In this document: positions 31,654 to 42,339 of the stretch, in pieces
Layout of the letters: each line of letters begins with the position of its first letter
Numbering within the stretch: the stretch's first letter is position 1
Assembly: GCA_963816185.1 (NCBI GenBank)
Contig: CAWFJJ010000008.1
Span: forward strand, 160,001 to 224,000
Length of the DNA: 64,000 bases
Direction of reading: 5' to 3'
Source of the DNA: Thermoanaerobaculia bacterium
Lineage (GTDB): Bacteria; Acidobacteriota; Thermoanaerobaculia; UBA5066
Made by a program: the position numbers and the translations under genes
The notes under the pieces: model-generated
Seen by the model: only the letters and a program-made list of their open reading frames with translations
Databases searched by the model: none
Told to the model about the DNA's origin: nothing

Positions 31654-32843
31654 AAAGACGCATTGCCCTCCTCGGCGCGACAGGCTCCATCGGGGACTCG
31701 GCTCTGTCGGTCGTCGCGTACTTCCCGGACCGCTTCGAGATCGTCTCGATGTCCGCCGGCTCGAACCTAGAGAAGCTCCTCCCGGCGATCGCCGCGCACC
31801 GCCCGAGAGTCGTCTCCGTGAAGACGCGTGAGGACGCGGCCCGCCTGAGGCAGGAGTTCCCCGGCCTTTCCGTCGGCTTCGGGCCCCAGGGTCTCGTCGA
31901 CGTGGCGACCATACCGGAAGCGGACGTCGTGCTCGGCGGCATCGTGGGGTCCGTCGGCCTCGTGCCCGCGTACGAGGCTGCGAAGCTCGGCAAGACGCTC
32001 GCCCTCGCGAACAAGGAAACGCTTGTCGTGGCCGGAGAACCGCTCGTGACGGCCGCGCGCGCGTCCGGCGCCGTGATCCTCCCCGTGGATTCCGAGCACT
32101 GCGCCCTCCATCAGGCGCTCCGCGCCGGGACCCCGGAGGAAGTGAAGCGGCTCGTCCTCACCGCGTCCGGCGGGCCGTTCCGCACCCGAGACTTCGCCAC
32201 GTTCGATGCGATCACCGTGGACGATGCGCTCCAGCACCCGACGTGGAAGATGGGCCCGAAGATCACGATCGACTCGGCCACGATGATGAACAAAGGACTC
32301 GAGGTCATCGAGGCCCGCTGGCTCTTCGGGGTGCCGGGCAAGAAGATCGACGTCGTCATCCACCCGCAGTCCATCGTGCACTCGATGGTCGAGTACGTGG
32401 ACAGCTCGGTCGTCGCGCAAATGTCGCCGAACGACATGCGTTTTCCGATCCTCTATGCGCTCACGTACCCCGAGCGCGTTCCGTCGCCGCTCAAAGGACT
32501 CGACATCCAGGCCCTCGGAAAGCTCGAGTTCTTCCCGCTCGATGCGACGCGATATCCGGCCGTAGGGCTCGCCTATGCCGCGCTCGAGACCGGCGGCTCG
32601 GCTCCTGCGGTGCTGAACGCGGCGAACGAGGTCGCGGTCCAGGCGTTCCTCGAAAGGCGCATTCCCTATCCTGCGATCGTCGAGATGGTCGCCCGCATCC
32701 TCGGCAGACACCGCGTCGTGCGCGTGGCGTCCGTCGCGGATGCGCTCGATGCCGACGCGTGGGCGCGGCGCGAGGCCGCCGCCCTCCTTCCCCTTCTCGA
32801 AACCAGCCCGCGCGCGGCAACCGCCCGCGCGTACCCCTCGTAG
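31650..32843 (+). CDS. dxr: 1-deoxy-D-xylulose-5-phosphate reductoisomerase
   Basis: [42 protein letters not shown]. Confidence 0.95.
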   Translation: MKRRIALLGATGSIGDSALSVVAYFPDRFEIVSMSAGSNLEKLLPAIAAHRPRVVSVKTREDAARLRQEFPGLSVGFGPQGLVDVATIPEADVVLGGIVGSVGLVPAYEAAKLGKTLALANKETLVVAGEPLVTAARASGAVILPVDSEHCALHQALRAGTPEEVKRLVLTASGGPFRTRDFATFDAITVDDALQHPTWKMGPKITIDSATMMNKGLEVIEARWLFGVPGKKIDVVIHPQSIVHSMVEYVDSSVVAQMSPNDMRFPILYALTYPERVPSPLKGLDIQALGKLEFFPLDATRYPAVGLAYAALETGGSAPAVLNAANEVAVQAFLERRIPYPAIVEMVARILGRHRVVRVASVADALDADAWARREAAALLPLLETSPRAATARAYPS

Positions 32844-32857
32844 AACCCCGAGGCCCC

Positions 32858-34210
32858 ATGACCATTCCGACCAACATCCTCGCGTTGATCTTCGTGCTCT
32901 CGTTCCTCATCGTGTTTCACGAAGGGGGACACTTCCTCGTCGCAAAGCTCTTCAAGTTCCCGGTCGAGATCTTCTCGCTGGGATTCGGCAAGCGGCTCTT
33001 CGGCTGGAAAAGGAAAGAAACCGACTATCGGGTCTCGGCGATCCCGCTCGGCGGCTACGTGAAGGTCGTCGGCCTGGGTCCCGACGAGAGCGATGTCGTG
33101 CACGGCACGGCCGAAGCGGCGGTGACGCAGCCCGGCACACGCCTCCAGCGCCTTCTCATCCTCTTCGCCGGCCCGGGCGTGAATCTGGTTCTCGCCGTGC
33201 TCCTCACCGCAGGCGCGTTCATGATCGGCATGGACATTCCGAGGTACTACGAAGAGCGTCCGGTCGTGAAGTTCGTGGACCCCGACAGCCCGGCCGAGAA
33301 GGCCGGCGTCCAGATCGAAGACGTGATCGTGAAGCTCGGGGGAAAGCCCGTCACGACCTGGCGGGAGGTCGAGTTCGGCACGGGGCTGGCCTCGCGGGAG
33401 CAGATTCCCGTCGAGGTCGTTCGACAGGGACGGGTCGTCTCTCTGACGCTCAAGCCCGAGCCAAGAACCGAGGAAGAGAAGAAGTACGACGTCGGGTTCA
33501 CCGGCCTCCATGCGTCCGTGCCCGTCTACATCGGAATGCTCCAGCCCAATGCGCCGGGGGTGAAGGCCGGGCTGAAAGTCGGCGACCGGATCGTGAAGGT
33601 CAACGGGCACGACGTCTCGTGCTTCGCAGCCGTGGTCTGGCGCATCGCGCAAGCGGCGGCAGATTTCAAGGAGACGGGGCCCCGGCCCATCGATCTCGTC
33701 GTCGAGCGGGACGGGAAGATGCTGACTCTTCCGGTCACGCCGCGGGCCGAAGGCTCTTCGTGGAAGATCGGGTTCGGCGCCACCCTTCGCGACACGGTGC
33801 GGCGTTCTCTGCCGCTTCTCCCCGCGCTCGAGGCCTCGATCAACGAGCTGCGCGAGCAGACGCGCGCGACCGCAACCGTCCTGAGGCGCCTCGTCTCGTT
33901 CAAGGGCTCCTTTCGGCAGTTTTCGGGTCCGATCGACATCGCGAAGTTCTCGGGCGAGGCGGCTCGCTCGGGCCCCGCGTCGCTCCTCAGCCTGATGGGC
34001 ATCCTGTCTCTTCAGCTCGGGATCCTGAACCTGTTTCCGATCCCGCTCCTCGACGGCGGGCAGATCTTCGTCACGCTCCTCGAGGCCGTCGCGAGGCGGG
34101 ATTTCTCGCTCAAGGTGAAGGAGCGGCTCCTGCAAGCGGGCTTCGTCTTCCTGGTTCTCATCATGGTGACCGTCCTTTACTTCGACGTCCTGAAGAACGT
34201 CAATTTCTGA
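32858..34210 (+). CDS. rseP: RIP metalloprotease RseP
   Basis: HEGGH, PLGGYV, two PDZ domains, [11 protein letters not shown]. Confidence 0.92.
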   Translation: MTIPTNILALIFVLSFLIVFHEGGHFLVAKLFKFPVEIFSLGFGKRLFGWKRKETDYRVSAIPLGGYVKVVGLGPDESDVVHGTAEAAVTQPGTRLQRLLILFAGPGVNLVLAVLLTAGAFMIGMDIPRYYEERPVVKFVDPDSPAEKAGVQIEDVIVKLGGKPVTTWREVEFGTGLASREQIPVEVVRQGRVVSLTLKPEPRTEEEKKYDVGFTGLHASVPVYIGMLQPNAPGVKAGLKVGDRIVKVNGHDVSCFAAVVWRIAQAAADFKETGPRPIDLVVERDGKMLTLPVTPRAEGSSWKIGFGATLRDTVRRSLPLLPALEASINELREQTRATATVLRRLVSFKGSFRQFSGPIDIAKFSGEAARSGPASLLSLMGILSLQLGILNLFPIPLLDGGQIFVTLLEAVARRDFSLKVKERLLQAGFVFLVLIMVTVLYFDVLKNVNF

Positions 34211-35466
34211 TGTCCAATCGGACGATCCGCCCGCGCCACACGACCGTCGGCGTGCGGGTGGGAGACGTGCAGGTCGGAGGCGGCGCGCCGATCGTCGTGC
34301 AGTCCATGTCGAACACGGACACGGCCGACGTCGCGGCTACGGTCCGGCAGGCCCTCGAGCTCGCCGAGGCGGGCTCCGAGCTCGTCCGCGTCACGGTGAA
34401 CGTCGACGAGGCCGCCCGGGCCGTCCCCGAGATCCGGAAACGTCTCCTCGGCGCGGGCTGCGGCGTCCCTCTCATCGGCGACTTCCATTACAACGGGCAC
34501 GTCCTTCTCACGAAGTACCCGGAGATGGCGAAGGCGCTCGACAAGTACCGGATCAACCCCGGAAACGTGGGCACGGGAAAGAGACGCGACGAGCAGTTCG
34601 CGACGATCTGCTCCGTCGCACGCGACCTCGACCGGCCCGTGCGCATCGGCGTGAACGGCGGCTCCCTGAACCAGGAGCTCGTCATGCGGAAGATGCAGGA
34701 GAACACCGACCGCGATCTCGGCCGCTCGTCGGAGGAGATCGTAAACGAGTGCATCGTCCTCTCGGCTCTCGAGTCGACGGAGCTCGCGCTCGAGACGGGC
34801 ATGAAGAAGGACCAGATCATCATCTCGTGCAAGGTCTCGCGCCCGAACGACCTCATCGCCGTCTACCGCGAGCTCGCGACGAAGACCGACCAGCCGCTGC
34901 ATCTCGGCCTCACCGAGGCCGGGATTGGGACGAAGGGCCTCGTGTGGTCGTCGGCCGCGATGGGCGTCCTCCTGAACGAGGGGATCGGCGACACGATCCG
35001 CGTCTCTCTCACGCCCCGTCCGGGCGGCGACCGGCGCGAAGAGGTGTACGCCGCATGCGAGCTCCTTCAGTCGCTCGGCCTCCGCAGCTTCTCGCCGTCC
35101 GTCACGGCCTGCCCCGGCTGCGGCCGCACGACGTCCACACTGTTCCAGGAGCTCGCCGAGCGGATCCAGAGCTACGTCCGCGAGCAGATGCCTGCCTGGA
35201 AGACGCGCTACGAGGGCGTCGAGACGATGACGCTCGCGGTCATGGGCTGCATCGTGAACGGCCCCGGTGAATCGAAGGCCGCGAACATCGGCATTTCACT
35301 GCCGGGCACGGGCGAGGCGCCGAGCTGCCCCGTCTACATCGACGGCCAGAAGTTCACGACGCTCAAGGGCACGCACGAGGAGCTGTCGCAGGCGTTCCGG
35401 AAGCTCGTCGAGGACTACGTCGCGACGAAATATCCGCGGAAAAATGAGGGGCCGGCGGCACCCTGA
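34210..35466 (+). CDS. ispG: HMBPP synthase
   Basis: [32 protein letters not shown]. Confidence 0.95.
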   Translation: MSNRTIRPRHTTVGVRVGDVQVGGGAPIVVQSMSNTDTADVAATVRQALELAEAGSELVRVTVNVDEAARAVPEIRKRLLGAGCGVPLIGDFHYNGHVLLTKYPEMAKALDKYRINPGNVGTGKRRDEQFATICSVARDLDRPVRIGVNGGSLNQELVMRKMQENTDRDLGRSSEEIVNECIVLSALESTELALETGMKKDQIIISCKVSRPNDLIAVYRELATKTDQPLHLGLTEAGIGTKGLVWSSAAMGVLLNEGIGDTIRVSLTPRPGGDRREEVYAACELLQSLGLRSFSPSVTACPGCGRTTSTLFQELAERIQSYVREQMPAWKTRYEGVETMTLAVMGCIVNGPGESKAANIGISLPGTGEAPSCPVYIDGQKFTTLKGTHEELSQAFRKLVEDYVATKYPRKNEGPAAP

Positions 35467-35476
35467 ACCGCCGCGC

Positions 35477-36463
35477 TCAGCTTCCGGGCCGCCCCTTTCT
35501 CTCGAACCGCGCCTTGAGCCGCTTGGAGAGGGCGATCTGCTTGGCGTAGTTCAGGGAATAGACGGCGATGGGGGCACCAGCCACGTTGAACGGCACCGAG
35601 GCGAGCGCGAGTAGGAAGTGACGCGCCTTCTCGGTCGGCGTGTACGCGGGATTCCTGAAGTCCACGACCGTGCGGTAGTACCTGCCGAGCAGCTCGTAGA
35701 CGTCGCCGAGGACCTTCGTGAAGCCCATCTCGACGCCCCAGGAGAGGCACTCGCCCGCGCGGACCGAGGAAAGGAACTCCCGCCAGGTCGCTCCCGGCGC
35801 CATCGTGAAGACGGACGCGACGGGCGGATACGTGTGGGCGTCCGATCCGCCGACGAGGGCGAGCGAGCCGCGCTTCTCCTTGGCGGCGGTCAGGAGGTCC
35901 TCCACGAGGGCGTTGTGTTGGTACGCCATCGAGCCGTTCTTCACCTCGAAGACGTCGAAAAGCTCGAGCATCGTCGTGAAGAAGTCCTCGGGGGCCTGCC
36001 GCATGCGGTACGACTGGAAGAGGTGGTTCGCCGAGTAGAGAAGTCCCTCGCTCCTGAGGTACTCGACGAGGTCGAAGATGTTGCGCCGCTTCTTGTCGAC
36101 CACCTTCCATTGCGGGAGCGAGAGGTCGAAGACGTTCACGTGGATGCGGTGACCCGTGCGGGGGAAGAACGTCTCGATCTCGGCCGAAACGAAGAAATCC
36201 GCGTAGTCCGGATGGCGGTCCTGGAACTTCAGACAGCCGTCCACGGTGTCGTGGTCCGTGAACGTCACGAAATCCATGCCGCGGCTCTTGGCGAGACGAT
36301 AGGTTTCGTCGGGGTCGTTGTACGAGTCGCGCGTGTTCGCCGCCTTGAAGTATTTGAAGACGGACGCGTTCGTGTGCAGATGGAGGTCCGCCCGCGCGAG
36401 GGGCAAGGCCGGCCGGGATTCGGTTTCGGCGGAGCCGGGGGGGAAAGGGGGTGTGTCCGCCAT
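35477..36463 (-). CDS. PHP-domain metal-dependent phosphoesterase-like protein
   Basis: ADLHLHT, TDHDT, GGSDAH. Confidence 0.8.
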   Translation of the reverse strand: MADTPPFPPGSAETESRPALPLARADLHLHTNASVFKYFKAANTRDSYNDPDETYRLAKSRGMDFVTFTDHDTVDGCLKFQDRHPDYADFFVSAEIETFFPRTGHRIHVNVFDLSLPQWKVVDKKRRNIFDLVEYLRSEGLLYSANHLFQSYRMRQAPEDFFTTMLELFDVFEVKNGSMAYQHNALVEDLLTAAKEKRGSLALVGGSDAHTYPPVASVFTMAPGATWREFLSSVRAGECLSWGVEMGFTKVLGDVYELLGRYYRTVVDFRNPAYTPTEKARHFLLALASVPFNVAGAPIAVYSLNYAKQIALSKRLKARFERKGRPGS

Positions 36464-36504
36464 GGGAAGGGCAGTCTCTGTGTCCGCGCCCGACGAGTCA
36501 AGGA
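36455..36504 (-). repeat. diverged direct repeat A (promoter plus first codons of PHP gene)
   Basis: 37/50 nt ungapped identity with 37326-37375 by manual alignment. Confidence 0.7.
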
Positions 36505-36519
36505 TCTCGGCCCGAAGGT

Positions 36520-37224
36520 CTACGCAGTCTCGCCGGCGAAGTTGAACGTCCCCCACATTTGGATTTCGGTCTCGAAGCTCACCGGCACGTAGACGGTGCC
36601 GGTGGCAAGGTAGAACTCCATGACATGACCGGGACTGACCTTGTAGTAGTCGTCCGGCGGCCCCCATGGAGTCGTCGGGTTGATGATCGGTGAAGTCCCT
36701 TGCCGAGCCTTGCAATCGAGCTCGCGGACGGTCATCGGCGATCTGGTCATGAAGGCGTTCCACTCGCCCTTGAACCAGGCAGGGGGATAGGCACCTGGGT
36801 CCACGGAGACCGGCCCGGCCGAGAACGAGTAGATCGCGTTCCGCGATGCACCCTCGAGGTATTGGACGAGGAAGATCTGCGTCCGCATCGAAGGCACATC
36901 CTCGGAGTCCGACTGCTGCCGGCGCATACGGAATCCCAGCGACCTGTACTCTTCCACCGCCGCCATTTCGTTCATCTTCTTCAGGGTCGCGCCGGCGGGG
37001 TCGACTCGCGAATCGGCGAGCTTCCAGCCGAAATGTTTGAGCTGGAAGGCCTGGATGGCGCCTTTCGTCTTGGGACCGCAGATGCCGTCCACCTTCAAGG
37101 GAGAATTGGGGCCGCCGTTCGCGGGTGTGATGTCGTTGAGAAGCTGTTGGATCGTCACGACATCGTCATAGAGGTTCTTCGCCTTCTGCCCGTCTCCGAC
37201 CGGCTGCTGGATGGATCTGTCCAT
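36520..37224 (-). CDS. peptidoglycan-binding-domain protein with uncharacterised C-terminal domain
   Basis: DVVTIQQLLN...LKVDGICGPKTKGAIQAFQ...ADSRVDPAGATL; GGAGG RBS. Confidence 0.78.
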   Translation of the reverse strand: MDRSIQQPVGDGQKAKNLYDDVVTIQQLLNDITPANGGPNSPLKVDGICGPKTKGAIQAFQLKHFGWKLADSRVDPAGATLKKMNEMAAVEEYRSLGFRMRRQQSDSEDVPSMRTQIFLVQYLEGASRNAIYSFSAGPVSVDPGAYPPAWFKGEWNAFMTRSPMTVRELDCKARQGTSPIINPTTPWGPPDDYYKVSPGHVMEFYLATGTVYVPVSFETEIQMWGTFNFAGETA

Positions 37225-37325
37225 TGAACGGCCCTCCGTTGTGGTGCTGCGTTACTCGATCCAAATCGAACGCATCGGCGAGCCCTGGGGCGGGACACGG
37301 AAAAAGGCGGGAGCGGAAGAGCCGG

Positions 37326-37375
37326 GTCCGCCACGGGAGGGAAAGTTTCCCGGTCTGCGCGGGGAGAGTCAAGGA
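37326..37375 (-). repeat. diverged direct repeat B (promoter plus vestigial PHP-gene start)
   Basis: TTGACT-N17-GAAACT-N9-GTGGCGGAC mirrors TTGACT-N17-GAGACT-N9-ATGGCGGAC. Confidence 0.7.
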
Positions 37376-37407
37376 GATCGCCTCGAGCCTGCTAAAGTCG
37401 ATTCGCC

Positions 37408-38133
37408 ATGGGAGGAGTGTTCGGAAGAGTGATTTACGCGATGTTGCTTGCCGGCGTGCTCGCGACGGCGACCTGGGTGTCCTTCACGCGATTCGTGGCA
37501 GGGAAGTCGCTCAAGGTGCCGAACTTCACGAACCTCACGGCCGAGGAGGCAGCGACCCTGGCGGCCGAACGCGGCCTCGAGGTGAAGGTAGATCCCGCGC
37601 AGGAGGGCTTCGACGACGCGGTCGCCGCGCATCGCGTGCGAAGCCAGATACCGGCCGCGGACACCGCCGTCAAGGGCGGCCAGACGATTCGCATCGCGCT
37701 CTCGCTCGGTCCCCGCGCCGTTCGGATGCCTGATCTCACGGGTCTCTCGGCGCGCGCGGCCGCGCTCACCGTCGCGAAAGCAGGGCTCAAGGAGGCCGCG
37801 GTCTCCTCCATTCGGCTGCCGGGCCCGGCCGGAGTCGTCGCCCAGGGCATCGCGCCCGGGTCGATCACTCCGCCCGATTCGCCGGTCGACGTGCTCGTGA
37901 ATCGGGGGATGCCGGAGGTCGCCTGGGTCATGCCCGACCTCATCGGCCGGGACTTCGAGCGCGTCCGGACGGCCTTCGAGGAGCGGGGCTTCCGCATCGG
38001 CGGCGTCAAGAGCCAGTCGTACGAGGGCGCCATCACCGGCACGATCCTCAGGCAGTTCCCGCTCGCGGGCTCCCCGGTCACCAGGCGAGACGCCCTGTCC
38101 TTCGTGATCGCCTCACCGGAGGGTGGCGCTTGA
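37408..38133 (+). CDS. PASTA-domain membrane protein
   Basis: N-terminal TM then three VPNF/MPDL-initiated PASTA repeats; upstream of rpe. Confidence 0.85.
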   Translation: MGGVFGRVIYAMLLAGVLATATWVSFTRFVAGKSLKVPNFTNLTAEEAATLAAERGLEVKVDPAQEGFDDAVAAHRVRSQIPAADTAVKGGQTIRIALSLGPRAVRMPDLTGLSARAAALTVAKAGLKEAAVSSIRLPGPAGVVAQGIAPGSITPPDSPVDVLVNRGMPEVAWVMPDLIGRDFERVRTAFEERGFRIGGVKSQSYEGAITGTILRQFPLAGSPVTRRDALSFVIASPEGGA

Positions 38134-38807
38134 GCATCGCCCTCGCGCCTTCGCTGCTCTCGGCCGATTTCTCGCGGCTTGGCGAGGCTGCGCGCGCGTG
38201 CGAAGACGGCGGCGCCGACTGGATTCACTTCGACGTCATGGACGGGCACTTCGTCCCGAATCTGACCGTCGGGCCGATCGTCCTGAATGCGCTCCGCGGG
38301 GTCACGCGGGTGCCCTTCGACGTTCATCTCATGATCGAGGAGCCGCTCTCGACGCTCGACCAATACCTCGATGCGGGCGCGTCGCGCGTGGCCGTCCACG
38401 TCGAGGCCGAGCCGCATCTCCACCGGTTCGCCCAGCACGCGCGCGGACGCAACGCGAGCCCGGGCGTCGCGATCAATCCGGGCACCTCCCTCGCGGTCCT
38501 CGACGAGGCGATTCTCTTCGTCGACTTCGTCCTCTTGATGACGGTCAACCCGGGCTGGGGCGGGCAGGCCTTCATCGAGGCTTCGCTCGACCGGGTGGCG
38601 CGCCTGTCGGGGTCGATCCGCAGCTCGGGTTCGCGGGCGACGATCGCGGTGGACGGGGGAGTCGGTCCCGGGAACATCGGCGACCTCGTTCGCGCAGGGG
38701 CGCGCCATTTCGTCGCGGGCGCATCAGTTTTTTCGGCGGGGGACGTGCCGGGAGCGATCCGACGCCTCCGGGAAGCCGCCGGATCGCCCGGCACCTTACG
38801 TGCTTGA
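38130..38807 (+). CDS. rpe: ribulose-phosphate 3-epimerase
   Basis: APSLLSADF, HFDVMDGHFVPN, DVHLM, VDGGV. Confidence 0.95.
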   Translation: MSIALAPSLLSADFSRLGEAARACEDGGADWIHFDVMDGHFVPNLTVGPIVLNALRGVTRVPFDVHLMIEEPLSTLDQYLDAGASRVAVHVEAEPHLHRFAQHARGRNASPGVAINPGTSLAVLDEAILFVDFVLLMTVNPGWGGQAFIEASLDRVARLSGSIRSSGSRATIAVDGGVGPGNIGDLVRAGARHFVAGASVFSAGDVPGAIRRLREAAGSPGTLRA

Positions 38808-38841
38808 AAGGTCGCCGAAGTCCGTGCATCCTCCGAAGTCC

Positions 38842-39657
38842 ATGTCGCGACGAACGTCTCCTCGCCTCCTCGCAGCCGCAACTTTCGGCGCGGCGCTCGC
38901 GATTCTGTCTGGCTGCAGCTCTTCGAACGACGCCGCGAAGCTGACACGCGAGCTCCTGACGATGCCGAAGGAGGAGGCGTACGCGCGAGGCGAAGCGCTC
39001 GTGAAGAAAAAGAAGTATGAGACGGGACGTCAGTACCTCCGTTTCGTAGCCGAGAACTACGCGAACGACCCGATCGGACGGCAGGCCGCCCTTCGCCTCG
39101 CCGATTCGTTCTTCGACGAGAAGACTCAGCTCGGTTACCTCGAGGCCGGCGTGAGGTACAAGGACTTCCGAAATCGCTACCCGTCGCACCCGAAATCCGA
39201 CTACGCTCTTTTCCGCCTCGCACAGTGCTCGGACAAGCAGGCCGAGCGCCCGGACCGGGAGCAGGGAAACACGCGCACGGCCGCGACTGCCTACCGGGAG
39301 CTCATCATCAATTACCCCGACTCTCCGTACGCCACGGAGTCGCGTGCTCGCCTCGGAGTGATGCGCAGTCTCCTCGCCGACCACGAGTATCTCGTGGGCC
39401 ATTTCTACCTGCGGCGCAAGGCGTGGCGGGCGGCGAAGGGCCGGATGGACACGATCCTCACCGCCTATCCCGATTACCCCGGCCTCGACAAGGTCCTCTA
39501 CGAGGCGGGTCTTCTCGAGACGAGAATGGGCAACAAAGACGAGGCCCGGACGCTCTGGGAGCGCCTCGCGCGCGACTATCCGGCAAGTCCGCTCGTGAGG
39601 AAGTTGCCCGCTCCGCGGGCCGGCGCGGCCGCACCGATTCGGGCGGCCGGCCGCTGA
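38842..39657 (+). CDS. bamD: outer membrane assembly lipoprotein BamD
   Basis: Lipobox LSGC; TPRs; RYPSHP, PDREQ, LADHEYLVGHFY. Confidence 0.88.
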   Translation: MSRRTSPRLLAAATFGAALAILSGCSSSNDAAKLTRELLTMPKEEAYARGEALVKKKKYETGRQYLRFVAENYANDPIGRQAALRLADSFFDEKTQLGYLEAGVRYKDFRNRYPSHPKSDYALFRLAQCSDKQAERPDREQGNTRTAATAYRELIINYPDSPYATESRARLGVMRSLLADHEYLVGHFYLRRKAWRAAKGRMDTILTAYPDYPGLDKVLYEAGLLETRMGNKDEARTLWERLARDYPASPLVRKLPAPRAGAAAPIRAAGR

Positions 39658-39782
39658 AGCGCCCTCCAAGAGGGCCGGATTTGACGCAACCGCTTCCGAT
39701 GCGGTAACTTAGGGTGCCTTTTCGTCACGTTCTCGCTCGGCTCTGCCGTCCCTTGGGCACCGTTTTCGAGCAGGAGGTCGTC

Positions 39783-40667
39783 ATGCGTCATCCTCTGGCT
39801 GCGCTCACGGCGGGCATCCTTCTCGCCGCCCAGCCCTTTCTCAGGGCATCAGACGAGCCGCGTACGCCTCTGACTAAAGAGCCGCCTGCCGTCAGCGGTT
39901 CTCGGCTCGAGACGGTCGCCCGGGAGCCGGTGACCGTGACGGGGCCGATTCCGATCGGCGTCGAGGCCGATGTGTACTGCTCGGGCTATTTGGGGGAGCC
40001 GGCCGAAGTTTTCCCCGGGACGATCGTGAGCGCCGAGAAGGAGGAGAACCAGACGATGTTCATGCAGGGCGACATCGTCTACCTTGATATCGGAGAGCGG
40101 GACGGCGTCCAGGCGGGAATGGAATTCACGATCGTGCGGCCCTGGCGCCTCGTGAACAAATGGAGCGTGCGGTCTTTCTCCTCGTATTCCGGTCCGGCCC
40201 CCGACCTCGACGTGGTCGGACGCATCTACAAGACTCCCGGCCGCGTGCGCGTAATTTGCGCGCAGGAGCGGTCGTCCATCGCCGAGATCTCCTACGGGTG
40301 CTCCGACACCGAGATCGGAGACTTCGTCTCTCCTTTCGAGCCGATTCCGGTGCCGCTCGTGCGCCGGACGCAGGTGACGACGATGTGTGATACGCCGAAT
40401 GGAAAGGTGATCGGCCACATCGTGGAAACCAGAGATGACGTGACTCCCGTCGGAACCGCTTCCGTCGTCTTCCTGGACCTTGGAGAAGCCGACGGCCTGA
40501 ATCCCGGAGACTTCCTCACCGTTTATCGCCCGTCCAGCCGCGCGGAAGGAGTCCGGACGATCCTCGGCGAGGCCTCGATCCTGACGACGAGACCCCGGAC
40601 CTCGGTCGCCATCATTACCCTCATGTCCGACACGATGGGCGTCGGCGACGCCGTCGAGCTCAAGTAA
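39783..40667 (+). CDS. exported hypothetical protein (FlgT C-terminal-like)
   Basis: GGAGG RBS, signal peptide, VFLDLGEADGLNPGDFLTVYR motif. Confidence 0.65.
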   Translation: MRHPLAALTAGILLAAQPFLRASDEPRTPLTKEPPAVSGSRLETVAREPVTVTGPIPIGVEADVYCSGYLGEPAEVFPGTIVSAEKEENQTMFMQGDIVYLDIGERDGVQAGMEFTIVRPWRLVNKWSVRSFSSYSGPAPDLDVVGRIYKTPGRVRVICAQERSSIAEISYGCSDTEIGDFVSPFEPIPVPLVRRTQVTTMCDTPNGKVIGHIVETRDDVTPVGTASVVFLDLGEADGLNPGDFLTVYRPSSRAEGVRTILGEASILTTRPRTSVAIITLMSDTMGVGDAVELK

Positions 40668-40681
40668 GGAAACACGCCGAA

Positions 40682-40717
40682 AAAACTGTTGCGGGATGAA
40701 GATCCCGTGATAGTTTT
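40682..40717 (+). terminator. hairpin, probable terminator
   Basis: 16-bp stem with G-U pairs, GAAG loop, ending in TTTT, 15 nt after the stop. Confidence 0.45.
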
Positions 40718-40769
40718 CTCTCCCCCAAACGGCGAGCGTTCGTGCGGTGTTGTGGGAGGAGACGTGTCT

Positions 40770-41003
40770 GTGACGATCGACGGGCAGCTGCAACGGATCA
40801 TCGACGAGCTGGTCTCGAAGGGAATTCCGCTCGAGGCCGCGAAGAAGGAATTCGAGAAGAAGTACGTTGCGGCGGCCGTGACGCGCGCCTCCGGCAACAT
40901 GGGCCGCGCCGCGAAGTCCCTCGGCATCCACCGCAATACGCTGCGGGCCAAGATCTCGCTCCTGAAGGTGAAGCCGCCGCTGCGCGGACGCGACAACAGT
41001 TAA
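40770..41003 (+). CDS. stand-alone Fis-family HTH protein
   Basis: EFEKKYV...GNMGRAAKSLGIHRNTLRAKI; GGAGGA RBS. Confidence 0.85.
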   Translation: MTIDGQLQRIIDELVSKGIPLEAAKKEFEKKYVAAAVTRASGNMGRAAKSLGIHRNTLRAKISLLKVKPPLRGRDNS

Positions 41004-41115
41004 GTCGGGGTCATTCCCCCGTGCGCCATGGCCTCGAGGCGCGCGACGCGCTCCTCGGTGGGCGGATGGGTCGAGAACAGGCGCGCGAGGCCTCCCGGAA
41101 CGGTTCACATGAAAA
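41000..41115 (-). pseudogene. htpX: C-terminal remnant of HtpX zinc protease
   Basis: Reads GGLARLFSTHPPTEERVARLEAM; preceded by in-frame TGA and a degenerate F-I-V-N-P segment; rest of the gene absent. Confidence 0.7.
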
Positions 41116-41180
41116 TCGAGGGCCCGCCAGAACCTCGCGGTCTGTTCGTCCCGAAGCCGGGCCTCGGCCTGACGGCCTGC

Positions 41181-41375
41181 CTACTTGGGCTTATCGGTCC
41201 CGTCGTTCTTCGGGGCGTCCTTCGAATCTCCGGTCTGGCCTTCGCGCATCGAATCCTTGAAGTTCTTGATGCCTTCGCCGAGGCCCTTGCCGAGCTGCGG
41301 GATCTTGCCGGCCCCGAAGATGAGGACGACGATGACAAGGATGACGAGAAGTTCGGGAAGTCCGAGATTCGGCAC
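41181..41375 (-). CDS. tatA: twin-arginine translocase TatA
   Basis: [36 protein letters not shown]; AGGAGG RBS. Confidence 0.93.
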   Translation of the reverse strand: MPNLGLPELLVILVIVVLIFGAGKIPQLGKGLGEGIKNFKDSMREGQTGDSKDAPKNDGTDKPK

Positions 41376-41412
41376 AGGATCCTCCTGCCGGCGTGATCAT
41401 ACCCCCCCGAGC

Positions 41413-42339
41413 TCAGAGGAATGCGAGCAGAGGAGCGAATGGGCCTCCGGGCGACGTGTGGCGACGGATGACGCGGCGCGCCGCCTCGCGGTGCGGGCGA
41501 TAGAACGGCCGGCCCATGAGCATCATCTTCTCGAACGTTCCGAGGACCTTCCAGGCTCTTTGTAAGAGAACCGGCTCTGAATACGCCGCGGCGTCGCATG
41601 CCACGGCTTCGGCGACCCTTTCGAAGCGGAGGGAGACCGGGTCGTAGTCCGGCGGCCCAAGGCGCAGATCCTGAAAATCGATCGCCGCGAGGCGGCCGCC
41701 GGGCGCGCGCATGAGGTTATTCGCGTGATAGTCACGGTGCGTTGGAACGGGCTCACCGGTGCCGCGGGGATCGGCCGCTGCGCGGGCGAGGGCCAGCGCG
41801 AGCTGCTGCCAGCCGGCGGCACGAGACGCGCCGAGAGGTTCGCGACCTCCCTTCTCGAGCGCCCAGTGCCGGGTGTGCTCGAGCTCGGCGGCGAAGAACT
41901 CTGCATCGAAGGCGGAATTGAGCGTCGCGGCCGTCCGCGAGACTGAGCGGACCGAGTGAAGCAGCTCCTCGGCCTCATCGAGGAGACGCGCACGATTCTC
42001 GACTGGCGCCTCGGCGAGTTCGATGGCGAGATCGCGGTCTCCGAGATCCTCGATGAGCGCCACGCCGAGGTCCGGGGCGTCCGCGTGAAGCGCGGGCACG
42101 CGCACGCCGGCGGCAGCGAGGGCCGCGCCGACCAGGGCCCAGTTCGTCTGCGCGACCGAGGCCGGCTGCGGATAGAGAACGAGAAGAGTCGACGAGCGGC
42201 CGGCGGTGGGCTGCCGATAGTAACGGCGCGCGCCGATGTCTCCGGCGAGGGGCTCGGGTGCCGAAGCGCCGCCCAGGCCGAAGCGCTCACGAGCACAATC
42301 GAGGCGTCTTGCCGCCTCGAGCTCCGGGAGGTCGGTCAC
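41413..42339 (-). CDS. APH-family phosphotransferase (AmgK-like sugar kinase)
   Basis: LAGDIGARRYYR, IEDLGD, HRDYHANNLM, IDFQD; GTG overlaps upstream stop. Confidence 0.8.
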   Translation of the reverse strand: MTDLPELEAARRLDCARERFGLGGASAPEPLAGDIGARRYYRQPTAGRSSTLLVLYPQPASVAQTNWALVGAALAAAGVRVPALHADAPDLGVALIEDLGDRDLAIELAEAPVENRARLLDEAEELLHSVRSVSRTAATLNSAFDAEFFAAELEHTRHWALEKGGREPLGASRAAGWQQLALALARAAADPRGTGEPVPTHRDYHANNLMRAPGGRLAAIDFQDLRLGPPDYDPVSLRFERVAEAVACDAAAYSEPVLLQRAWKVLGTFEKMMLMGRPFYRPHREAARRVIRRHTSPGGPFAPLLAFL

